Positions 1-10,895 of a stretch of 32,909 nucleotides of DNA are shown here, one piece after another. A model generated the notes under the pieces. That model worked only from the letters and a program-made list of their open reading frames with translations, made no database searches and was not told the origin of the DNA. The position numbers and the translations under genes were made by a program. Within the stretch, counting starts at the first letter, position 1; the number at the start of each line of letters is the position of its first letter. Source of the DNA: Rozella allomycis CSF55 (taxonomy: Eukaryota); assembly GCA_000442015.1 (NCBI GenBank), contig KE561144.1, forward strand, positions 1 through 32,909, read 5' to 3'.

Positions 1-805
1 CGCGGCGAGGTTTGAGTGGTTGTTGTGGATGTGGACAAGTGACATAAGTGTGACCAGCTGAGCGGCAATTCTTGCAAAAACAGTACTGAGATTTGCCAGG
101 AACGTACCAGAGAGGGCGATGACTGCAATGTTGGCTTGTGTGATTCTTGAGATGACAAATGTCACACCCACCGGGAGGTGGTGCGGGGATGGAATTATAA
201 GCTTGATCAGGCAGGTTCGGAGTCATGGATTTCTTGAACTTCAATTCAGCCTCTTGTGCTTCGTCTTTGAGTAAACGTAACAGGGTGGTTAAAGATTGCA
301 AGTGAGACGGTTGACCCTTGAAGTGATACACCAGGGGTTTGTAGTGTTCAGAGAGACTGGACAGAATTGTTTGGACAATGGAGTCGTCATCAAGATGGTC
401 ACCACTTCTTCTTAATTCGAGCAACAGCGATTCAAGTTTCTGGACAAAATCAGGCAAGGTTTCATGAGTGTCAAAAGTGAGCGCCAAAAATTTTCGGCGA
501 GCGTGGAGTTGCACAGCATGTCTAGTGGGAGCAAATTCATCAGCTAACAGTTGCTATGCTTCCCAGAGAGAGGTACAGCGTTCGATTTTTGGCTTGATGA
601 AGTCATTGACAGCGAGCTTGAGTTTGGCGAAAGCTTTCTTGTGGATAGGAATGGTTTCTTTGGTCAATGGATAGGGTGCGGATGTTAAGTAAGTGTCGAG
701 ATCCAATTCTTCAAGGATTGATCGGAAATCAAGTGCCCATGTGTGGTAATTGGTGGTCTCTCTCAGTTTCTTGATTCGCGTGGAAGAGGTTTCAGTATTG
801 CTCAT
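1..805 (-). mobile_element. Ty1/copia-type gag, 5' part of element, with in-frame premature stop; runs off the window edge
   Basis: The N-terminus KLRETTNYHTWALDFRSILEELDL is copia-gag-like. The frame continues past TAG at 554-556 (SLWEA*QLLADEFAP...FVQKLESLLLELRRSGDHLDDDSIVQTILSSLSEHYKPLV) to two CX2CX4HX4C knuckles, CDICHLKNHTSQHC (~125-166) and CKNCRSAGHTYVTC (~35-76). Confidence 0.88.
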
Positions 806-1295
806 AACACTAATGAATGGATGGATGGATGTCTTAAAAGATTAAAGTAAGATGGATTAATACCAATCGAATAGAGATTGAGGTAGAAACGAGTGTTTAT
901 TTACATTTTGTTGCTTCTTTTATCTTCTACTGTTTCCATGGATACNGATGACGTTTTTTCCTGGGTCGTCGCGGTTGTCCTTGAGGCGGGTTCATTGGAG
1001 GCGGTTCGGGCCGCCTATTATTTGCATTGCGGATGTTACGATGTTTCCACAAAATTTGGTGTATAGCTTTGAGCCATAAGTTCATAATATGGAGTATAGT
1101 TTTTTTAGCTTTATGAAAAGGGATGCCTAACATCGTGAGTCTTTGACGGAGAGCCTTGGTGATTATACCTTTGCCGGTTGGNTAACAATAAGTCCATAAT
1201 ATGGAGTATAGTTTTTTTCAGCTTTATGAGAGGGGATGCCTAAGATCGTGAGTCTTTGACGGAGAGCCTTGGTGATTATACCTTTGCCGGTTGGN

Positions 1296-1547
1296 AAATT
1301 GAGAGGGAAGCATGATTACACCATTGGATTTGGACAAGGCTGGGATCCTTTTGGTCATAAAACACCACCAAAAAAACTGCCTCTGGTTGTCATTGAAGGA
1401 AAACGAAATTGGGATGGGATGGACATTTGACAATGTGTAGCAGAGGCAGCAACCATTTTTCGAGCCAGAAAGGATGCGAAAAAAGCCAAGTGCAGAGTCT
1501 GGGGTGTCTTGACCAATGCCATCAATTGGATGTTTATTCACATTGAT
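1296..1547 (+). pseudogene. Fragment of a PD-(D/E)xK restriction-endonuclease-fold domain, Crinkler (CRN)-effector/HSDR_N-like, with an internal TGA
   Basis: Translation KLRGKHDYTIG...LPLVVIEGKRNWDGMDI*QCVAEAATIFRARK...VWGVLTNAINWMFIHID shows the G-x-x-DY, ExK, Q, GxLTN-x3-W-x-F pattern. TGA at 1428-1430. Bounded by n at 1295 and 1548. Absent from the ORF track. Confidence 0.7.
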
Positions 1548-1859
1548 NGATATGTGACAGAATTCTTTCTGAGATATGTTCTTGGACACAGTTGTTCATT
1601 GTAGGGAATATGGGTAGGTTACCTGGACATTCTATAACGTGTCCTTGGGTTTCATCAGGGTGGTAGCATCGTGGACATGGTGGTTTGTGCCGCTTTTTAG
1701 AATTTACGGGGAGGGCGTTGGAATAGTATTTAACTCAGAACGATGTTTCAATAGATGAGAGCGTATATACATTGTCCGTTTTTGGGTTAAGAAGTTTAAG
1801 AGTTACTTTATGGAGCGTGTCTTGAGGGTGTGCTACGAAATATCGTTCAAAGGCATCTT

Positions 1860-2047
1860 NNNNNNNNNNNNNNNNNNNNNNNNNNNNNNNNNNNNNNNNN
1901 NNNNNNNNNNNNNNNNNNNNNNNNNNNNNNNNNNNNNNNNNNNNNNNNNNNNNNNNNNNNNNNNNNNNNNNNNNNNNNNNNNNNNNNNNNNNNNNNNNNN
2001 NNNNNNNNNNNNNNNNNNNNNNNNNNNNNNNNNNNNNNNNNNNNNNN
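1860..2047. other. Assembly gap (N run)
   Basis: Run of n; ORF-track entries spanning it are uninformative. Confidence 1.
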
Positions 2048-3124
2048 TATCTGCTGTTTCGTTCCATTTTACACCCGAATGGGCCTTGACTTTGAACAAG
2101 TTCGTCGGAGCTTCACGTTTTAAAAGCAAATGCTGTAATAAATCTATTAATGTCTGATTGTTAAACTGTATTCTGTCGCNGTTTGTTCTCTATGTACTCG
2201 ATTGTACTGACGAACTCTTATTCATTTATCGCTTGATGTATCATGTCGTGGATCAATGTTTTCGTACATGCATCTCACCAGGATCTTAAGAATCTTGGAA
2301 TGTAGCCGACGATGTTGAAAATGAAGATAACTAATGATATAAATGAATGCTCCATTTCCACTGATTAAATCCGTACTACTATTTTTGCTAGTCATCATTC
2401 TTTTAGGTTCACTGAATGCGGTATTAATTATTATCAATCAAAGTTCGCAGTAAAAGATACCAAACTATGCATTGATAGAACCTATAGAGCTTCTACTTTA
2501 TCAATCTAACCAGCAGCAATCAGTAAAGATGAAATCTCAAGCATAACTGTCTGCTTTAACAATGGGACCAAAAGAAACGAACATCCTCGTCCAACTCTTG
2601 CTATCTCCATCTTTCCTTGTCCACTCTAATTTGCAGCCTTTTTGATTTTTAAGCAGCGGTTTTTGTTAATCAGAGTGATGCATGAGTTAATCCAAGAGCC
2701 ATTGCCGACATTGAGCGACAGATGTACCTCATCTTTTCATTTAAAAAGGCAATGTTCTATGATGTATTTGATAATTTATTACTGGGATATAATCTGGACT
2801 TCTTATATGCTCACTGATTTCTCTTGTCACCAATTGTCATGAAACAAATGGGCTACATGTTACCATTCATTCTATAATAGAATCCTAACTTTTTATGTAC
2901 ACAATACACCAAAATCCACATTTTCAGAAGACAAATAGCCAATAGCACCAAACCTCTAAAACTCATTCAATAAATCATGCCTTGTAATAGATCAAGGAAA
3001 ATTAACACGAAAAGAGTATTCGAGGGCTCAACAATCTTTACTCTTTTACCGCTTTCTACTAACATAACCAATAAACCACCTAATAGTCGCCGAAGTGTCT
3101 ATCAAAATATATTAATTAAGCGTN

Positions 3125-3314
3125 AGAGCAAGTTCGTCGGAGCTTGCCGTTTTAAAAGCATATGCTGTAATAACTCTATTAATGTCTGGTTGTTAAACTG
3201 TATTCTGTCTCGTTCAGTCCAGATAGTTTGGGTTTGTATGTAGCGTATTGTGGTAACAGCTTTTCGTGAGTCTGTGTATATATTAAGAGGCGCTGTCGTT
3301 GGTGTATGTGTAAG
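3125..3314 (-). mobile_element. Second, diverged copy of the LINE RNase H domain fragment
   Basis: Encodes PLNIYTDSRKAV...LIELLQHMLLKRQAPTNL (IYTDS RNase H motif). About 80 bp (3130-3209) is similar to 2098-2177 with several substitutions. Bounded by n at 3124 and 3315. Confidence 0.75.
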
Positions 3315-3549
3315 NGATCTCTAAAACCCACAACCCCAACAATGTTAAAATGACAAATTCAAAATTTTGCATGAAATTTCCAGGTACTCTTTTGCAGAGG
3401 CAAGACTTTCGGCAGTGACGTTCCAACGGAGCCNAACGGAGCCAAAGTAATTGCTAGTTGAAAACTAACATTTCCAACGTGCTGTTTGGAGCAATCTAAA
3501 CGGCAATTTTTGGCGACTCTTCTCGAGTCTACTTTTGTAAAAATGGCAA

Positions 3550-3894
3550 ATGAAGCATGTTAAATTAAGAGACCAGCCTGAAGTGCCAGTGTCGCATGAT
3601 TCCAGTTTGTTTAAACGGGTTTTGTTTGGTAGAGGGGAGATGGGGAATACTGGACTGATGCAGATTGCGCATTGCATTTTGAAGAGTGGGGATAGAGTGA
3701 CGGAACATGAGCATGCGGATATGATGGAATTTTTTTATGTTGTTGGTGGACGTGGGAAGATTTATGTTGATGGGAGGGAGAGTGTGTTGGAAAAGGATGA
3801 TATTGTGAGAATTGATGTAAAGGAAAAGCATTACATTGTGAATGATAGCCAGGATGATTTGGTGCTATTTTACTTTGGAGCTTTAGATAAATAA
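3550..3894 (+). CDS. Single-domain cupin (cupin_2-like), intronless, 114 aa
   Basis: Cupin metal motifs HEHADMMEFFYVVGGRG and KEKHYIVN; clean ATG...TAA ORF. Confidence 0.9.
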   Translation: MKHVKLRDQPEVPVSHDSSLFKRVLFGRGEMGNTGLMQIAHCILKSGDRVTEHEHADMMEFFYVVGGRGKIYVDGRESVLEKDDIVRIDVKEKHYIVNDSQDDLVLFYFGALDK

Positions 3895-3959
3895 CCCTTT
3901 TATAGAATGGAATAAAAGTATACAATATTTTATAAGTGACTTTGAGAACCCTGGTGGCA

Positions 3960-6900
3960 ATGTCAAAGGAAAATATTTTTCTACCCAATTCACCACTGTA
4001 TGGTCGCTTAAAAGTACGGCCGCTTATTCCACAAAGTCCTACTCTGAGAAAAACGCTTATGCAGGACTTTATGCCTGCTTCCGAGCCAGACGATTCTATG
4101 CAAGTTATGCTAGTTGAATGGATAAACCAAGAGATAGCAAACGACTATAAGTCGAGCACTAGATTAGAGTATTTGAGGCCTATTTTTAAGACAATTTATG
4201 AAAAGGAGCGAGGTGTTCTTGAAAACTTGAAAAGGGAAATTGACCAAGGAAGATTGAGTTTTAAAAAGGGGTTAGATTTTTCTAGTGATATTGGATTGCG
4301 AGTGAAGATTATAGAGTTTATGATGAATGTGGAGGGGTTGTGGTTGGCAATGGCGTGTGAGGTGATTGGAGGGAAACGGTATGATGAAAGAGCGATTGAG
4401 AATATGCAAGGAGTGAATAATTTGTTGAGTGTAAAGAAAATTTGTTGTGTGAATGTAGGGAGTATTATTTCATTATGGTCAAACTTCATTGGATATTTTG
4501 TTTAATATGTTGGCTATTTTGTATATTGTTGATGTTTTTAAAAGGGATAGAAAGAGTAAACCAACTTTATTTAGAAAGGTAAAATTATTTGAATGAAATT
4601 TTATAGAATGCTTATTTCAAAAGTGTGAATGAGATGATTATTTTTCTTGGACCCATGTATATGCATGGAGAGGGAGATTTAAGGCGTCATTTATTGCATA
4701 TTGGGATGGAATTTAAATATAGTCAAACTTTTATTGATGAATATGAAATGAAGATTAACAATTTGGCTGTTGATTTGAAGGATGGGATTAGGCTTGTCAA
4801 GTTGATTTCGTTATTTTTGAAGAAGCCAGAGTTGATAAATAAGGTACAGGATCCGAGTAGTAATTCTTCCAAAGAAAGAAACATTTTGATAGTTTTAAAG
4901 GAAATGGACAAAGTAAAGGATGTGAAGCCTAAAGATATTGTTATGGGACATAAAGAAAAGACACTATCGTTACTTTGGAGAATGTTTTATGAATATAAAT
5001 TTCCAGTTTTAGTTAATAAGAATGAGTTGATAACGGAAGTGAATAGAATAAGAAGGAATTTTTCAAAAGAAGAAATTCCAGAGAATAAAGTTGGATTATT
5101 TTTTCAATCTGAAGAATTGTCTTTATTGTTTGAATGGGTCAAAATTATTTGTGAAAAATCGGGAATTACAATTCACAATTTCACGAGTTCATTTTCTGAT
5201 CTTTCATGTTTTTGTTTGATTGTTTCTTTTTATTTATTAAATTTAGATAAAAATAAAATTAAATATCTTTGTTTGGAAAGAAAAAGACAAATTTTAGGAC
5301 AGCAGCCAACAAACAATGCATTTGTTAATGGAGGGTATTTTGCTGAATTTTCACCAGTAAGAAAAAAGACAAAAGGATTGGAAACGATCGTGAAAGAGAA
5401 TAATTTGAATTTGTTGATAAAAACATTAAAGAATTGTGATTCAATTATTTTAAATACAATAAATAAATTGCAAGAAGAAATGAATGAAAAAGTTGTGATT
5501 TCATTAATTTCATTTCTTTTTAATTTTCTTGTAAGACAAACAAACGCAGCGATTGTCATTCAAAACGCTTGGAGAAAACATTCAAATTTAAAACTTGAAA
5601 ATAAAATAGAAAAATGTTTTAATGAATTGAAAAGTTTAATAAAAATGAATTTATTGAAATGTAAAATGAAAAATGAATTGAAACTTGAAAAGGAAAAGAT
5701 TGAGAGAATAATTTCAATTCAGATCTTGATAAGAAAAAAGTTGATGACAGAAAAGAGAAAAAGTGAAATTAATAAAATTAATGCGATTAAAAGTTTGATA
5801 AAAATGAAATTGATTAAACAAAAGAAAATGAATTTATTGTCTTTTATTTGTACCACTCAATCTTTAATAAAGAAATCAATTCAATTAGAAAAGAAAAAGA
5901 AACAAATAAAAACAATAAATGAATTTAAAAGTTTAATTAAAAGATTTATTATTGTTAAAAGTCAAAGAAATACTCTACAATCAATTGTTTCTATTCAATG
6001 CTTAATTAAACGCAATTTACAACAAAGAAACAATCATAATTTAAAGAATAAAATCATTTCCTTTCAAAGTCAAATTAAAAGAGTTTTAATTAAATCTAAA
6101 ATTTCTTTGTTTGTTAATGCAATAAACGATCTACAGGGGCCAATAAAGATGCGCTTAGCCACACAAAGATTTACAGATTCTAAAAATAGAATTATTCAGA
6201 TTCAATCTTTAATTAGGAAAAATATTCATCTAAATGAAAAAAATATTCATCTTGAAAATGAATTAAAAAAGAAAAAAGTTTCAACAATCATCCAATCTTT
6301 TGTTAGAAGATCTATTGCATTACACAAAACAAAATCTTTAAAGAATAATTTAATAAATCTTCAAAGTCTTTTAAAAAGAAATATTGTATTTCTGAAATAT
6401 CAAAATGGAATTAAATCTATTGTTTTAATTCAAAATTTATCAAAGAGATTTTTAGTCTTGAATGAAACAAGAAATGAAAAAAGATTAATTCATCTTCAAT
6501 CTTTAATAAAAAGAAAATTACTAATTCATAAACATAAATTATTCTTTGAGAGTTTAACTACAATTCAATGTTTGATTAAGAGAAATTTGTCTGTTAAACT
6601 TGGACAACGCAAAGTTGAATCTATTTTAACAATTCAAGCGTTCGTTAGAAGAATTAATGTTCAAATACTCATTAAAAATCAAACTTTAATCTCCAAACAA
6701 AAGAGTCTTGATGAAAATGAGGCAGCATTAAAAATACAAAGATTATGGAAAGGATTTCAAGTGAGAAAATCTCTCAGTTCAAAACATGAAAATATCAAAA
6801 ACAATATTATAAAATTATCAAAAGATTCAAATGAAGAAATGAAATTGTGCAACAGAACTCAAAAGGCTCTCGATTTATTATCTTCAAGTCCAAGTCTTTC

Positions 6901-7363
6901 AGTTGTTCTCCAATCTTGTTTTCATTTAGAAGCAGCTACTCTTTGGTCATTTGACTGCGCTTTAAAATTACTAAACGCTAATGTTGTTTTAAAATTATAC
7001 AATCTCATCCAATCTTGCAATCGATCTCCCCCTCATCAAGAAATAATGTCACATTGCTTCAAAGTTATGCTCAACATCTCTAATCATCCAATCTTACTCT
7101 CTCAACTCTGCTCCCAAATAGCCTCTCTTTCTCCTCTCATTGACATTTGCCAAAACAATAAAGATAACCTCAACCTTTTAGAAAACGCTCTATTGTTGCT
7201 CTTCTCCATTTACAAATTTTATCCAAAAGAATCTCAAATTCTTTCATTAAAATTAACAAGAATAAAATCATTTATTGAAAAGGCTATGAAAAATGCTAAA
7301 AAATCAGAGTTTGCTCGGTACAGGAAACTTATCATTAAAATTAATTCAATTATCAATAAATAA
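3960..7363 (+). CDS. ASPM: Abnormal spindle/ASPM homologue (calponin-homology domains, IQ-like array, armadillo-like C-terminus)
   Basis: Motifs GEGDLRRHL, NLAVDLKDGIRL, DIVMGHKEKTLSLLW, NFTSSFSD, AALKIQRLWKGFQVRK, KLCNRTQKAL and LIQSCNRSPPH. Two 28-nt GT-AG introns (4431-4458, 4579-4606) join the ORF-track pieces in frame (TLFRK|NAYFKS). Confidence 0.92.
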
Positions 7364-7394
7364 AAATAATTACTTAAAATTTATTAATTAAGGT

Positions 7395-8789
7395 TTATTG
7401 CTTTATTCTTAGGAAAGCTGCCATTTTTTCACTTAAAAGAAATAGGGTAATAATACAAGCCCATCCTGCAGTAACATATAAATATACTCCATTTCCTATC
7501 ACTACCAATGTACTAGGGTACAATGAATAATAAAACGAAATCATAAATGTCCACAACACTGATCCAAGTAATCCACTTCTAAAATTGTTAACACAAGTTA
7601 TAACACACGATCTGAAAAATATATTATACCCCAGCATTATAACTAACAACACAATATTCCATGCTTCCCTAAAAATATATTTCCTCAACAATAGTGAGCT
7701 AATGGTTAGCATCAAATACCCATTCTTCATAATAATCACAGAAATTCTCGTATAATCAATCAACCCCTCTTCAAAATCTTCATTCTCTGCAGCAGTTAAA
7801 TACGTCGTCATCAACGAATACATCACTGTATATCCAATCAGACTCAACGACGAATACAGCAACGGGTTAATAACAGTAAATTCGTAACACCGTTCAGCTT
7901 CATTCACTCGGGGATCATCAGATGATTGCCAGTCAACACTGCATTTCAATACACTCACAAAGGCATACAACATCGGCACATACAGCATAGTAACTGGAAT
8001 CGTCAAATTTGGAACCCATGAGCTGTACTTTATCTTTTTTCCGCTTTTTATATACTTTCTATGCAATACACCAAATACTATGGTAAAAAACAACGACAGA
8101 CATGCCAACGCAAAAGCAATGCAGAATTGTAACGTTGAAAGAAAAGAAGTATTGATATTAGGCATACCAGTCTGCAGTGTGCTGCTCAAATACGAAATAA
8201 AAGTCTTTGGCTGGCTGTAATCCATGGCCAGAAAGTACTGGTTAGACCGCAACTCTCGTAACGGAAACGATACCATTTGTATGAACTCTACAATCAAAAT
8301 ACCAACCTGCAGCACATTCCACACGGAAAACTTTATATTGGTATAAACGGTCGCTTTGAATTTCGAATGACTGGATTCCTTTTGTAAATATGCGACAAGG
8401 CGCCATGCCACGAACACGTGGTTGCATATGTAAAAGAAGACGGCGCCTGTTACGATGCCGACTGGGTTGGTGCCCAAGTAGGCTACATTCTTTAAAATGA
8501 AGATGAATGATAAACAGTAGATGATGAAAAAAATGGCATACAGTCCTTTTTGTGTAGAGGAGTGTGGTGTTTGGAGAATCAAGGAAAATATTTCGTGCAT
8601 GTTTTTGACAATAGATTGTGCTTCGTTTTCTGATTTTAGTCGGGATTGTTCTCTTTCCTCTTCTGTCATTGTCTTGTTCTTGGCTTCTTTGTAAATGACG
8701 AATACTAGTATTCCAATAGTCAGTATGGACGGTAGCACAAGTATTACGTTTCGATCTTCTTCTGTCATGGATGAAATTAAAGAAACCAT
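7395..8789 (-). CDS. Uncharacterised multi-pass membrane protein (~464 aa, about 10 hydrophobic segments)
   Basis: Long intron-free ORF with first ATG at 8789 and repeated hydrophobic stretches. No family recognised with confidence. Confidence 0.75.
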   Translation of the reverse strand: MVSLISSMTEEDRNVILVLPSILTIGILVFVIYKEAKNKTMTEEEREQSRLKSENEAQSIVKNMHEIFSLILQTPHSSTQKGLYAIFFIIYCLSFIFILKNVAYLGTNPVGIVTGAVFFYICNHVFVAWRLVAYLQKESSHSKFKATVYTNIKFSVWNVLQVGILIVEFIQMVSFPLRELRSNQYFLAMDYSQPKTFISYLSSTLQTGMPNINTSFLSTLQFCIAFALACLSLFFTIVFGVLHRKYIKSGKKIKYSSWVPNLTIPVTMLYVPMLYAFVSVLKCSVDWQSSDDPRVNEAERCYEFTVINPLLYSSLSLIGYTVMYSLMTTYLTAAENEDFEEGLIDYTRISVIIMKNGYLMLTISSLLLRKYIFREAWNIVLLVIMLGYNIFFRSCVITCVNNFRSGLLGSVLWTFMISFYYSLYPSTLVVIGNGVYLYVTAGWACIITLFLLSEKMAAFLRIKQ

Positions 8790-8847
8790 TTTGTTAAATA
8801 ACAATAATCAATTGGGAAATCAAAACATTGGCTTCAAAACAATTTCT

Positions 8848-9929
8848 TTATTGACAAATTTCCGTTAGTATGAAATAGCAAAGATCCAAACACGACCTTG
8901 TGAAATTAATTGACCTTTATTACCAATAAGAGCTGTGGTTCTTATAAGACAAAACAATTGGTGGTATCAGTTTATAGCTAAGGCAATTTATATCCTTTAA
9001 GGAAAAGCATTAGCATTTTACAGATAAAACATAATCCCTTGGCGATAATTCGCAGTCTCGGTCTTGTAACTTGTGGTCATCATATTCGTCCATTTCTTTG
9101 GAGAACCATTGGAAAAATCTGTTTTTCGGATGCCTCTTAATTGCGGATATCTTTTTTGGTGAATGATTATTCGACGTCAGTGGTCCTATTTTGTAGGCCT
9201 CTTATTTCGAGAAATTTAGCTTACTATCGGATCCATGTAGTGATAAATATTGTACAAACGAAATTTAAGACCACTTTCGATACATTCTTTTCTGGTTATT
9301 AAACAAGGCGCAAGAGGAGATCCCGTACAAAAGATATTCTTTACATTAAAATCTAAAAGGTCGTTGAATTCCATACATTCTTTAAAAATATTTTACTAGT
9401 GCACAAGTCATAGGATATAATAGATCCTAGAGAGTGGGCAAATATGTGGACATTCTCTTTAGAGCATGGAAATTGACGTGAAAAACACTCATAAACGCCG
9501 TTCAATTGTTTAGATACGATTTCAAGGATAACTTTTTGGTATACAGGGCTGGAGTAGTATATTATATCCGCGAAATTTTCCATTTGAAATAGTCTAGCTC
9601 GTTCCATTCCTGGAAGGGCGGTCTCCTTCATTTTTCTAATATCATCAATGGTATTTCAATACTTCAGCGTTGATGGGAGCGAATGCAGTCGCGAGTGCCA
9701 CTCTGAAATGCTATTAAATATCTACAGTACCAATCGGAACAAGTGACAGTAGATCGTAATCTATTCCTTTAACCTCCTCGGCAGCTTCTTTTATTTTCGC
9801 TTTCAACGTAGAAACTAAAGAAAAAATGTCTATTTCCTTTCTACCTCGATCTAGAAAATCTATTTGACATCCTATGCCGTGAATTATGAATATTAAATGA
9901 TGGTTTTTCGATACATTTGAATCGACCAT
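8848..9929 (-). CDS. DDHD-domain phospholipase A1 (PA-PLA1/DDL1/SEC23IP family), multi-exon
   Basis: HLIFIIHGIG, nucleophile elbow AHSLG, FCTGSPL, YNIYHYMDPI|AYKI, RDYVL and HSSYW|SCLDLCYFIL*, joined by 26-30 nt introns. Confidence 0.88.
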
Positions 9930-9982
9930 GCTTTCAAAATAAGCTTTAAAAAGTATTTTTTATTTTTATCTGATGCTGGGGT

Positions 9983-10895
9983 TTATTGATACTTTATATT
10001 CGCCGGATTGGCCGGGTTAACGTTGACTGGATTTGTAGTTTGGCTCTCTGTTTTAGTGTGAGCGGTAGCTAAATGGTATTTTAGCCCGTTTGGATTCTTA
10101 TATCTTTTTCCACAGCCTGCATATGGACAATGGTAAGGCTTTTCGTCAACTTTACCTTTTAAATAAAGAAGATAACGTTACCACCACAATGACCATTAAT
10201 CATATGATACTTCAAACCATTAGCATTTTTATACCTTTTCAGACATCCATTAACCTATATTAAAAACATTATAAAAAATACTTTGCATGCATATGGTTTT
10301 TCACTGTACATATCTTCCTCGTCGACTACCTCGACAACATCATCATTACCAAATGTGGAATATTCTTGCATGGTAAGCGACTCTGAAGAGTAAGAGTATC
10401 TATTCAGAGGTTGATCACCATATATCCCTAGGGCAGCCATGAGTAATGAAAGTTCCGAAGAATTTGAATTCTGTGGAACTCTGGGTAATGAACGTGTTCT
10501 TCTTAGAACAGTATTGTCAAAAGCGGAGATATCATTAGCCGAATCTTTGCAGGGTTCAATATCAAGCATAATATGTTTCTTCTTTCTATTTTTTTCAGGT
10601 TGAGATGTCTGCAGTCTATTATATGGACTGTTTCCAGAAGATTTAGAATCATTGGAAGATTCTTTGGGAACTTCATCTTCTTCAATCCTCACATGTGACT
10701 CTTCATAGTGCTTCAGTAAATCATGAAAGCTAGGAAGAGACTGTCCACAGCAAACAAAGTTGTTACAGAATGTTTCCTCCATCTTTGGACTAAAAACTTC
10801 AGCATCGTCAAAACTAAAATATACTTAGAGTTCATATTTTACCTTGGAACTGGAGAAGTAGGATTCAGAAGATAATGAAGGCTAGGTGCATGCAT
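9983..10895 (-). CDS. SFP1: Sfp1-like split C2H2 zinc-finger transcription factor
   Basis: FCNNFVCCGQSLPSFHDLLKHYEESH plus KPYACK|VNGCLKRYKNANGLKYH and KPYHCPYAGCGKRYKNPNGLKYH, which are hallmark Sfp1 motifs. Three short introns. Confidence 0.85.

Larger units (their letters stand above)
927..2179 (-). mobile_element. Non-LTR (LINE) retrotransposon ORF2 3' part: RNase H end, CCHC zinc finger (zf-RVT-like) and C-terminus; fragmented and degenerate
   Basis: 2048-2179 encodes LFKVKAHSGVKWNETAD (RNase H motif). 1549-1735 encodes NALP...CPRCYHPDETQGHVIECP. 927-1181 encodes IHQILWKHRN (W-x-x-R-N C-terminal motif). There is an in-frame TGA at 1735-1737. The element is interrupted by the N gap and n-bounded inserts. 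Confidence 0.82.

Noticed and set aside
554-1737. Stop-codon reassignment (TGA/TAG read as Trp)
   Set aside because: In-frame stops occur only in repeat-derived fragments. Host genes use TGG for conserved Trp and TGA as a true stop (pirin, VPS55).
2181-3123. Signal-peptide-like start (MNAPFPLIKSVLLFLLVIILLGSLNA at ~2344) and short ORFs
   Set aside because: Stops occur in all frames and there is no consistent intron model or recognisable domain. It could be a decayed gene but I cannot support a call.
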